Shown: positions 1 to 11,041 of the stretch, piece by piece | Numbering within the stretch: position 1 is the first letter of the stretch | Layout: each line of letters opens with the position of its first letter | Assembly (NCBI GenBank): GCA_043228905.1 | Contig: JBHGNT010000002.1 | Span: 16,678,001-16,742,000, forward strand | From: Azolla caroliniana | Lineage: Eukaryota > Plantae > Polypodiophyta | DNA: 64,000 nt | Reading direction: 5' to 3' | Position numbers and translations under genes: made by a program | The notes under the pieces: generated by a model | Seen by the model: only the letters and a program-made list of their open reading frames with translations | The model's database searches: none | Told to the model about the DNA's origin: nothing

Positions 1-294
1 CAAGCAAGGAAAGACATTATTGCAAGAGTGGTGAGGGATGGTTGGGGCAACAATTTCAACGTTGGTGAGTCTGTCGTGTATGGAAACTATTATGCAAAGT
101 TGCCGCAGTGCAAGAACACATATGCATTACTAAAAGAAGCACCCATCGCAATAATCTACGCTGATGCCATTCTTGCGATCAAATTCAATATGACTCAAGC
201 AAAGCACAAGGTTAAGGGATACAACACTATCTACAAGGTCCCCCAAGAGGTTCATGAGCACATATTAGGGGAGGTCTCTCTATTTAATGCTTGA
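1..294 (+). CDS. C-terminal end of an ORF entering from outside the window; possibly a DDE (Sola2-like) DNA transposase
   Basis: Frame is open from base 1 (QARKDIIARVVRDGWGNNF...IKFNMTQAKHKVKGYNTIYKV...HIL) to TGA at 292-294. It resembles, from memory only, the C-terminus of bryophyte/fern proteins whose upstream part has an HGKGxxDG DDE core. The catalytic core is not in the window. Confidence 0.35.
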   Translation, partial: QARKDIIARVVRDGWGNNFNVGESVVYGNYYAKLPQCKNTYALLKEAPIAIIYADAILAIKFNMTQAKHKVKGYNTIYKVPQEVHEHILGEVSLFNA

Positions 295-479
295 AAGTCA
301 CCCTATCAATACATTGTACTAGAAAACTGAAAAACATCCACTTGGAGTTCACTATTAATTTTGATGATTGACAAATGAATTGATATATTTCGTCTTTCTT
401 CCAAAGGGTTTATGCCTCTCAACCACTTGTACTTATCTTTCATAATATATTAGTTGTTATCAACAGGACTTGGATTTCT

Positions 480-1290
480 TCATTGCCGATATTGCTCATG
501 TTTTCTGATGTTATTTGAGCATAGGAGTTTTGCAGAGTTGGTGTGTCCTCTGTTGGCACATAAATCTGCTCTTCTTTTGCTACCAAGAGAAGATTGTTAG
601 TTGAATTCATTAAAGACTTTAATATTGTAAGATTTTCTACTGTAAGTTCATTTTTCAAAGGGGGCGATGAATTCTGTGAAGACAACAATGAAAATTATTC
701 TCTCAGAATCCTTTTTTGTTTCATGATATGTCCTGTGAAGCCATCTGAGTTTTTACTTCTTGTATATAAGTCCTGAATATCCAGGCTATGGATTTTAAAG
801 TACAAACCTTCCTTTCCTTAACAAAATAATCCAACTTCTGAAACAATAATTTGTGATAGCTCAAAAAGGTAAGTGTTTCCTTACTACTGTTAGTGGATGA
901 TTCATCCTTTGGGATGATATCATCAAAATATGGCCCACATTGCTTCAACAATTTGCACACATTCTGGTTACCGTCCAAATGGGATTGATGAAACAGTCTA
1001 TACTTCAGGATATCTTCAATAACACCCGATACCCGATATTTTCTGTTTCTCATCATCAAAACCTAAAAACCTAAATTTTCCTAGCAAGCTAAGAAGACTT
1101 TCAAGCATTTTATCTACAATAGACTGAAAGACTTTGCGAGGATTAGGAGATGATCTCAAAAAAGAAACAAAACGTTGTAAAATAAGAATACTTAGATCAA
1201 AAAGTATATTCCCATTGTTTTTGATATATGTTGATGAGCAAAATATAGAAGCAATCCTTAAACATGAACTTGATTTCACACTGGTATAAC
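480..1290 (-). pseudogene. URB2/Npa2-like (nucleolar pre-ribosomal protein) gene fragment, frameshifted
   Basis: ORFs 1016-1279 and 721-1059 join into one frame if a 7-bp tandem duplication (ACCCGAT x2, 1024-1037) is removed. Peptides LQRFVSFLRSSPNPRKVFQSIVDKMLESLLSLL, IEDILKYRLFHQSHLDG and SYHKLLFQKLD resemble plant URB2 as recalled. Stops follow at 721 and below. Confidence 0.45.
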
Positions 1291-1408
1291 TATTTCAGAT
1301 TCATGAACTGGATTTTTTACATTGGCAATTGAAACAGTATTTTGGTATCCAAATAGTTCAATTTCAGACATCACTAACAACTAAAGTTCAAGTACAATCG
1401 AAAGACAA

Positions 1409-4400
1409 TCAGGCACTAGAGGGTAACTTGGCCGATCTTGTAATGCGCTTGTTGTTGGTGCCAGATTTTTCTGATTTTACATTCTTCTTTATCTTAAAGC
1501 CTTTAGGTATGAGCTGACTAAGTGGCACTTCATCATCAGAGGCATCAGAGACAGGCGTGGATGCGCGGGCACCTTGTACTGGTGGCAAGCTTGAGAGAGC
1601 AACTATGTTTTCTGCAACTGCAATGCTTGTACACAAATCCACAAAGGTGCTGTCGATAGACAAATTATCACTCATCTCCTGAATGCTTGTACTCCTAGCG
1701 ATCTTTATTGCCCTATCATCATCACCGATGCCTATACACTCGTTCTTATTAGACTCCTGTATGTGGACCGTGGCAGTAGTCATGGTCAACTCCTCTTGTA
1801 CGATGGATGTCACCTCATTCTTAAGACAACGTTGTTCGCTCTGAGTACAATCAGGCCCACCTTCATTAGTAACGTTGCTCGCTCTACACTCCTCATGGGA
1901 TTCTGTACAATCAGGCTTATCTTCAGGGAAAGCGATGTTCTTTCCACGATCCTCATGGGCTTCACAAGACACTACTAGCACATTCTCAGTACAATCAAGC
2001 ACCTCTTCATTACTAGCAATGTTCTTTCCATGATCCTCATGGGAATCTTTAGATAGTACTAGCACATTATCAGTACAATCAGTCTTCTCTTCAGCACTTG
2101 CCACATTATCAGTACAATCAGTCTTCTCTTCAGTACTTGCCATATTCTTTCCACACTCTTCATGGGCTTCAATCTTCTCTTCAGTACTTGCCATATTCTT
2201 TCCACACTCATAGGCTTCTTTAGACATAGTGTTGTTTGTACATGCCAGCTGCTCTTCACATATGAATGCTTCGTTTTTCTCACAATCCTCATGTGTGGAA
2301 GATTTGCTTCTAGAGTCTGCCTCCTTGCAAAGGTTAATTTGATTCTGACTCTGATGGGAATCTGATTCTGCACTTGTGCTCCATGAAGTTCCCGATTCAT
2401 TTGATTGCAGTTGGGAATCAGACTGCTCTTGTAAACCTAATTAATGGGATTCCAAAGAATATTGGTATGAACTCACATGCTCAAAAGTTTGCAAACAATG
2501 AACATAGGGTTTAGGGCCACATTTTTACCTAATGTTACATCGTCATACTGTACAACCGTAGATACCCCATTGCAAGTGGTGGGCTCGGTCATCTTCTCCA
2601 CAACATCTAGGTGCTCAACAGTGTTGTTATGATCTATAATAACAACAAGAATAGGGTTGTTATGAGCTAAATCATTGTTTTCAAAGTCTGGCTTTTGACG
2701 TGTACCTGGGAGTGTGATAAATTCGTCTTCATGATCAGGTTTTGGACTCGTATCTCCGTCACCAAATATCATTTCATCATCAGCTAGTAACACAAGTACA
2801 TGGTATTAGACAATGGATTAGGTTGACAATGCTCCAGACAGGTGAGAACTTATATGACTCACCATTGCATTCAACTTTGCCTTTCTTGCCGTTTCCATAC
2901 AACATTCTTGCAGCATTTCTCTTCTTACTGGGCTCTATTTGTAAAGAAACTGCATTTCTCTTCTTAGTGGGCTCTATTTCTTGATGTTGACCGGAGCTTG
3001 GGGAATTTGTTTGTAGAAGCATATGTTCCACTGCTCCAATGGCCCTTCTCATACATTCATCCTCATCATAAAAATCATAGGTTATTGGTAATGATGGTCC
3101 CTGAACCTTGGAATGTGCAGCAGATATTGAGGGTTTAGGCACAGGGGCTGGTTGTTCCATTACCTTCCCTGGCGTGGAGTTGCTTGACACTACAACATTC
3201 ATTGCAAGAAACAAAAAAACCTTGAATGTTAGTACCATCATCTAAAATATATAATGTAGGTCACAAGAGCTGCTTCCCATTTTACACAATGTACCAGTCA
3301 TGAACAATGTACTACTCACATAGTTCCTAAATTATTGAACTAGTACTAATAAGGAACACTGTACTGCTCACTTAGTTCCCAATTTACACGATTAGTACTA
3401 ATCATGCACAATATACACAAGTAGTACTAATCATCCACAATATACTACTCACTTAGTTACCAAATTACACAAGTACTAATCCCGAAAAATGTACCACTGA
3501 CTAAGTCAAATTAATAAGTAGTACTAATCTTGAACAATGTACTACTCACTTATTTCCTAAATCACTGAACTAGTACTAATCCCGAACAATGTAGTAGCTC
3601 ACTTAGTTCCCAATTTACACAAGTAGTACTAATCATGCACAATATACTACTCACTTAGTTAGCAAATTACACAAGGAGTACTAATCCCGAACAACGTAAT
3701 GCTCACTTAGTTCCCAATTTACACAAGTAGTACTAATCATGCACAATATACTACTCACTTAGTTAGCAAATTACACAAGGAGTACTAATCCCGAACAACG
3801 TAATGCTCACTTAGTTCCCAATTTACACAAGTAGTACTAATCATGCACAATATACTACTCACTTAGTTAGCAAATTACACAAGGAGTACTAATCCTGAAC
3901 AACGTAATGCTCACTTAGTTCCCAATTTACACAAGTAGTACTAATCATGCACAATATACTACTCACTTAGTTAGCAAATTACACAAGGAGTACTAATCCC
4001 GAACAATGTACTGCTCACTTAGTTCCCAATTTACACAAGTAGTACTAATCATGCACAATATACTACGCACTTAGTTAGCAAATTACACAAGGAGTACTAA
4101 TCCCGAACAATGTACTGCTCACTTAGTTCCCAATTTACACAAGTAATACTAATCATGCACAATATACTACTCACTTAGTTACCAAATTACACAAGGAGTA
4201 CTAATCCCGAACAATGTAATGCTCACTTAGTTCCCAATTTACACAAGTAGTACTAATCATGCACAATATACTACTCACTTAGTTAGCAAATTACACAAGG
4301 AGTACTAATCCCGAACAATGTACCACTGACTTAGTCAAATTACACAATTAGTACTAATCCTACAAAATGTACTACTCACTTATTTTCTAGATTACTGATC

Positions 4401-6420
4401 TAGTACTAATAAGGTACAAAACTAGTACTAATAAGGAACAAAGTACTACTCAGTTCCCAAATTACAAAACTAGTATTAATCATGAGCAATGTACTAGTAA
4501 CTTAGTTCACAAAGTACAGAACTAGTACTAATCATGAACCATGTAGTACTTACTAAGTACTAATCCAACAAATGTAGATTGGTATTTTGCACACAAGTAA
4601 TACTAAACATGATATGTCTTCTACACACCTAGTTACATAACTTGTACTAATTACACCAACAGTATTAATCTTGAACAGTATTAGTACTAAACGTGATATG
4701 TGTTTGACACACCTCATTTCCAAATTACAATAATTGTACTATTATTCAACAATTTACTATACACCTTGTTCCCAAATTACATTACTAGTACTAATTCCCA
4801 AGTTACACAAACAATCTTAACAGTCAACAGTGTACTATAAGTATAGTGTTTACTAAACTAATACTAGGCAAGTTGCAATATAGATTGGACGATGTTGTAC
4901 CTGGTTCCCTTTTAGTACTACTAATTGTGGAAAATATCCCTTCAACTACACATACCAATTATATATTAAGAGTACTGCCAATACTAACCCACATAATTAG
5001 GGTTCCACATAATAGTTGTTAGAGATTACACTAAATTTGAAGTATGCATTGTGGCATACACTAGTTCTAGTCCAAATGTTAATTGACATCATATAATACA
5101 AACAATAGAATAGTAGAGCCACATACCGTACGGGTGTACTTTTAAACCCCAAGCATAGTACCACTCAGCCGCAATTGTAGTTTTACAGTCCATACATGTA
5201 TTCTCTTTCTCAAAATGATACTTAGCACATAGCACATGATATGTGTGCAAGCATGGTGTAATCACAACATCCATAGCCTCCAGCTTGAATCCGAGGCCAC
5301 AAAATATACACCTGGAAGATTGCAAACACAAGTTATAATATATTAGTTGCTCACTTATTTATACCAAAGAAGTAGAAATAAATAACTTTTAAAGCCAATA
5401 CCGTGATATAGCTATACTAATAATGGTACTTTCTATACCACTTGGGTGCTCAATTACAGATGGACACAAAGTATCAAAACCATTTTGTTTTAAATCCTGC
5501 ATCAAGCATGCAAGGTTCTCAGAATGCAACTTTAAGGCTGACAACTTATTATCTATTTCTTCATGTGCATTCCTGCAAGTATCAAGGTCTCTCATCTGTG
5601 AACCTAATTGAGTGCCCATATTGTTTAGCTCTTTCTTCAACTCCTCTTTCAACACCTCACTTTCTGAATTTTGGATTGTCGATGCAATCCATTCATATGT
5701 AGTTTTTATTGAAGAAAATTTCTTTTCTGCCTGTATCTCAGCTGATTTAACTGCTTCCAAATCAGCAAGTAGTGTTTGTATTCTTGAGCTCATAGAAGCT
5801 ATGCAACCGGCCATCATCTGTTCATGCTTTTCAGTCATTGTGGCCCGTACCTTTGCCTCTAGAACTTGGTGGATAGGTGTTATAGCTAGAATATCCACAT
5901 GAGAGGTTCCAGATGACTTCAAGCCAGTGTTGGTACTGGAGGACCCTTTGTAATGTTCTGACCGGTGCCGATTAAAATCTTCCCAATTTACGTCAATGCC
6001 ACCTTGAACTTCACATGCAAAAGCACGTGCAAAAACAATACCCACCTCATTGTTAGTGATTTGATTTGTATCATAAACATGTTCGTATCTCGTCTTCAAT
6101 AAATTCATGTATTCCCTCTTCAAACCACTTATGTGGAATCCTCGCCTTGTGTCGGGATGTGCTGACCCCCAGGTTTTTAACAACCACTCTCTCAGCTCTG
6201 GATACACGTCAGGTCGTGCTCGAAGGAAATAATTCCATCCAAGAGGTGTGTCTCGACTGATGGAGTGGTACATCTTCTTTCTCTGTGTTGATGAATTCAT
6301 CACCCTTTCTCTTGTGGGTGTCTTCTTGCTTTCTTTCATGGGTGTCCTTCTTCCTTCCTTCACTGGTGTCTTCACTTTCTCTTTCATCAATGTCTTCTTT
6401 ATGGGTGTCCTTCTCGTCAT
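1409..6420 (-). CDS. Spliced gene, about 950 aa: TP-x-K/R repeats, coiled coil, RING-H2 finger, long acidic repetitive tail
   Basis: Exons 6420-5402, 5311-5127, 4945-4901 (putative), 3189-2863, 2783-2529 and 2436-1409. All introns are GT-AG, phases are compatible, and the joined 2859-nt frame is open. RING-H2: CIFC-x15-CLHTYHVLC-x10-CMDC. An alternative start lies at 6459. Confidence 0.65.
1880..2215 (-). repeat. In-frame coding tandem repeats in the last exon of the RING gene
   Basis: Repeated peptides (HEE)CGKNMASTEEK, TDCTDNV and HED(H/R)GKNIA. Confidence 0.8.
3270..4930. repeat. AT-rich satellite with 52-bp monomers arranged as a 104-bp dimer
   Basis: Monomer a CTCACTTAGTTCCCAATTTACACAAGTAGTACTAATCATGCACAATATACTA alternates with monomer b CTCACTTAGTTAGCAAATTACACAAGGAGTACTAATCCCGAACAACGTAATG. 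About 7 near-perfect dimers at 3598-4325; both flanks are degenerate. Confidence 0.92.
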
Positions 6421-6489
6421 TGTCCTAGTCAACACAATTCTCAGGGAATGAATATGCATGTACTAGAAGAAAACTCAAGCAATTACCAT

Positions 6490-7045
6490 CAACACATAGC
6501 AAATCATCTCATTGCATGTACAAACCATGTCAAACACACAATAACCCTAAATAGTCGGAAAAAAACTCATCCATGTCAAACACACAGACAATAAAAACAG
6601 ACGGATAGGAAAGTCAAAGAAAACGAAAACATTGTAAATCATCATAGCCAACTCCATCACATCGCATGTACAAGCCATGTCAAACACACAAAAACCCAAA
6701 ATAGTCGGAAAAACACTCATCCATGTCAAACTCACACAAAATAAAACAGATGGACAAGAAACAAGAACAAAACGAAAACATAGCAACTCATCATAGCCAA
6801 CTCCATTTACGTTGCATGTACAAACATGTCTAACACACAACCACCTCGATCAAAATATTTTCATACATTTTTAAAAGAAACACAGAGAAACACAGAGAAA
6901 ACAAAAACATACCAGTTGGGCATGCAACACATAGACTATGAATAATCAAACCCTAAAAATGACAATACACATGCAAATAAAAAACAGACAGACAGGAAAC
7001 ATTCAGAAAAAGAAAACATACCAGTTGGGCATGCAACACAGAGAA
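6490..7045. repeat. Degenerate direct repeats upstream of the RING gene start (probable 5'UTR intron)
   Basis: CATGTCAAAC(A/T)CACA occurs four times (plus one CATGTCTAACACACA variant). AAAACATACCAGTTGGGCATGCAACACA occurs at about 6904 and 7013. Confidence 0.6.
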
Positions 7046-7446
7046 TACCTGGAGGTTGTACAACTTGCAGAGGTACCAGACCGTGTTGATTTCGACAAAC
7101 GAGGCTGCTGCAGAGGAGACAAACGAGCATAGACAGAGGAAACAAACGAGCATACACAAGGAAGGAAAATCAACAACACATACAACGAGCAGGGGAAACA
7201 AAAATCTCTGCGTTCAGAGATCGAACCTGGCACAGAGGGGAACACAAGAACAGCTACGCGGGGAAACAGAGAATCGAAGGTGGAGTGAGAGAGAGAAACA
7301 GAAAGAAAGAAAGAAACAGAGCTTTGAAAGAAAAAAACAGAAAGAATCGAAGGTGGAGTGAAAGAAAGAAACAGAGAGATAGACCTGTAATAGATATGTC
7401 GTCTTTCTTTAACTTTCTGCCACTGTCTGTCTGACAACTTCGAGAC

Positions 7447-7449
<3 letters not shown>

Positions 7450-7484
<35 letters not shown>

Positions 7485-7556
7485 GTGAGTGAGAGAGAGA
7501 GACATACCAATTGACACGTTCGACTACCCATACCAGAGAGAGAGAGAGAGAGAGAT
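7450..7556. repeat. (GA)n microsatellites; CT-rich on the minus strand, typical of a plant 5'UTR
   Basis: GA runs at 7451-7502 and 7535-7556. Confidence 0.9.
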
Positions 7557-9406
7557 ACTGAGACTGACCAACTGTCACAATGGATACCTTCTCCAGGTGT
7601 GCTTTCGTACAACTCTACCTAGGAGACTGGGGCAACAATTAATGTATTAAATATGGCCTAGGGACATTTCGAGTGTGACGTACAATATCTTTGTGCATTC
7701 GAGTGTGACGTAATGAATTTGTTTTTTGTTTTTTGAAACTTATTTACAATTTTTAATGTTTATTTTCTTCTTCGATTTAGTACTAAATTTTTGGCCAAAA
7801 GTTGGTACACCGTAGCATGCTTCGACCCTGTTCGGTTTTCTATTGCTTCCGCAAGCTATTCTTTTCATGTTTGTTGTAACCACAAATTTATTTCTATAGA
7901 GATAGTGCCTCCATGTTTTAAGTGCATGTATTACCGCAAACAACTCTTTCTCTTGAACCGAATACCGAGATTAGGCAGCATCAAGCTTCTTACTTTCAAA
8001 AGCAATAGGGTGACCGCCTTGATAAAGAACGGCACCAATAGCATAATGACTAGTATCGGTGTGAATTGAGAAAGGCTTAGAAGGGTCCGGTAAGAGAAGA
8101 GTGGGAGCGTGACACACATGCTCTTTGAGTGTCTCAAATGATTTGTCAAGTTGTTCATTCCATGCAATTAGTTTGATAGACTTACGTCGATGACCTTTTA
8201 AAAGGTCAGTTAATGGCGTAGTCAATTTGGAATTGTTACGAATTGATTTTCGTAAAAAACCAAAAAACCCTAAGAATGATCGCAATTCACGAATATTACG
8301 AGGAATAGGCCAAAGTTGAACCTTTTGAATACAAGAAGGTTCAATTTCAACGCGCCATTTTCCGTAATTAAATGACCTAGGGGCACAATAGATTTTTGGA
8401 AAAAATCACATTTTGTCACACAAATTTTGCAGAACAAATCAAACATGTTGAACATGATCTTGCAAGGTACGACTATATATCAAAATATAATCCCAAAAGA
8501 CAACAACAAAATTACCGAGTTGATCTCGGAAAACGTCATTCATCGCTTGTTGGAATGTGGTTGGAGCATTACTCAACCCGAAAGGCATGACTAAAAACTC
8601 ATAATGGCCATAGTGCGTACGAAAAGAGGTTTTAGGAATATCATCCTCGGCAATGCGAATCTGATGATAACCTGTTCGTAAGTCAATTTTCGTAAAATAT
8701 CGGGCCCCATGCAAACAATCAATCAAATCATCGGCACGAGGTAACGGATATGCATTTTTAATTGTCATTTTATTCAAACATCGATAATTGATACACATTC
8801 GCCATGAACCTTCCTTCTTCTTAACTAATAGAACTGGGGTCCTTGTCATTGACAATCCAATGGTAATCCCCATTGGGAATACCATTCAAAAAGCAAGCAA
8901 CAAACCATTTCTCACCTGTAAGTCCCAATTTTTGGATCTGGGTCCGAGCATGATGCACATAATCCTTGAGAGAGGTAAATGGCTTACTCGACAATGTGAG
9001 CAAGTGTTGCGCTTGTTCAGTTTGAGAAGGTGGCTGCAAAAACTGTTTCTTAAAAACATGAATGAAACCTTCCCAAGTTGTGGGCAAGTTCTTTGTCGTC
9101 CTTAGGCCGTGCCACCAAGCAGCAACTCAACCACCTAACTCACGACCGACATAACCAATTTTTACAGCATCGGGCTTGTGGTGGAGCTCAAAGTGAGACT
9201 CCCAATGACCAAGCCAAGTGCTAATGGCGTCCTCGGTTCTTTCTTTCTTATCTCCCTTGAATGGCATTACTATGAAAAAAGGTTCACCTTCTTTCTTGGA
9301 CCCAATAGTCAATTCTTGGAATTTCTTTTCCAATGCCATATTGGCTTGCCTTATTTTGGCCAATTCATTCAAGGTAGTAGTGAGCAATTGCTCAATAATG
9401 ATCTCA

Positions 9407-9697
9407 GCTTGTGTGTGAGATGTAGATTGGAGTTGAGAGGTCTCGGTCGAAGAGATCCCTCCTACAACATTCAAAACTTGTTCCATGATGCAAGTTGTGG
9501 TTATGCAATATAAATAAGGAGATTCAGAAAATACACAAGCAAAATGAATGCTTGTGTGTGAGATGCAGATTGGAGTTGAGAGGTCTCGGTCGAAGAGATC
9601 CCTCCAACAACATTCAAAACTTGTTCCATGATGCAAGTTGTGGTTATGCAATATAAATAAGGAGATTCAGAAAATACACAAGCAAAATGAATGCTTG
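9407..9697. repeat. 143-bp tandem duplication at the gag start of element 1
   Basis: Copies start at 9407 and 9550. GCTTG microhomology lies at all three boundaries. Confidence 0.9.
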
Positions 9698-10553
9698 AAA
9701 TTTTGATTGTAAGAACTTTACCAAGAAAGTATCTCACGTCTTTACCCCTCTAGACATATGAGATGTGATTCGAGATCCAATGGGGGAAAAATATATAAGA
9801 TGTCTTTCTCATATCTCTATCGGGTTGGTATTTAATGACAATTATGAGAAAATCATCAGAAAGTGAAAAGAACATTTGTGTAATTAGAAAATAATTAGAA
9901 TAATAATCAATTAGGTGTATGAACATTAGCATGCCATAAGGTAAGAAACCCTAGGGTAGTCGACATGCGCCTCCTCAAGACCACCACATCTCCCTAGAAT
10001 AGGCCAAGTGATAGATCAATAGAGAGTAGAGTGGCATAGGTAGGCGACATACACCTCGTTAAGACCCAACATCCCATAGAATTGGCCAAGCGATGGCTCA
10101 ATAAAGGAAAGGGTGGCCTACGCAACATCATATGCAAAAGGGCCATGAGGTGAGCGTGTGCGATTAGGCAAGCACGCTCGAGCTAATGCACAAGAATAAT
10201 TATTATTGTAAGAGATGGCTCATGAGAGGGGAGAGTGGGAGATACATCGCAATATTGAAAAGGGCCATGAGTTGAGTGTGTGCAATTAGTGCAAACACGC
10301 GCGGCCCAATGCACAATAATAATTAAAATCATAGCATGGTAGAAAGTAGAAAGAAAGAAATTAAAACATAATACAAATTTGATTCGACCAAGAAGAACGC
10401 ATCATAGAAAAGGAGAGAGAGATCAAGAAAGAAGAATACCCAGTTAAGAATGTTGTTTTGATCTTGTGAAGAGCATGACGAGCCTTGTTAGATCCCCATC
10501 ACTCACACGCAAAAAAACATCAAAACAACAACAACAAAAAATTGTTAGTAAAT

Positions 10554-10565
10554 GCTCTGATACCA
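10554..10565 (-). promoter_or_regulatory. Primer-binding site, tRNA-iMet
   Basis: TGGTATCAGAGC on the minus strand, adjacent to the LTR end. Confidence 0.9.
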
Positions 10566-10566
10566 C

Positions 10567-11041
10567 TATTAAGAGTCTATTACTAATCAATAGACCAAAG
10601 TAAAGTAAAACAAGGAAAATAGGTTGGATAGAAGAACCCGTTCCACCCGACCACCCCCAAGCTATGATCTAGACATAGCCAACCTACCACCGACGTCCCA
10701 TACTGCCGGATATTAGGATCATGAATACCTTGGAAGAGATAAACACGATCGTCGAGATGAAAGCCTAGCCTGCACCACCAGTGTCTAAAACATCAATCTT
10801 CCGACGTAATGTGCTTATGAGGGTAGCTAAGCCTCATATTTATACCTTTTCCTAGGCCCCTTGAATAGATGTGCCTTTCTAAAAGGGTCTCCATTCATTG
10901 GTTTCCCAAATCATGATAGTGCATGCACCTATCATTCCTTCTATCCAATCACATTAGCCCCTTTTTTAACATTAGTGAACATACCCTTCACTAATGTAAA
11001 TATTAGTGACCTACCCTCACCAGCGTTATGTGTACATAACA
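10567..11041 (-). repeat. 5' LTR of element 1
   Basis: Minus strand starts TGTTATG at 11041, interrupting the integrase GHF(G) motif of element 2, and ends ..TTAATA next to the PBS. No second copy is present to confirm the boundaries. Confidence 0.6.

Larger units (their letters stand above)
7866..11041 (-). mobile_element. Ty3/Gypsy chromovirus-type element 1: 5' LTR, gag, RT and RNase H; truncated and decayed
   Basis: Gag at about 9490-8840. [13 protein letters not shown]...[13 protein letters not shown]...MPFGLSNAP (8840-8270). RNase H HTDTSHYAIGAVL...AVIHALKTWRHYL, cut at about 7866. Gag abuts RT at about 8840, so protease is deleted. Confidence 0.88.

Noticed and set aside
3598-4325. 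CRISPR-like regular repeat array
   Set aside because: The intervening sequences are themselves repeated (no unique spacers), there are no cas genes and the context is eukaryotic. It is a satellite.
6936-7612. ORFs rich in SLSL, C and F
   Set aside because: Translations of GA/CT microsatellites and low-complexity UTR sequence.
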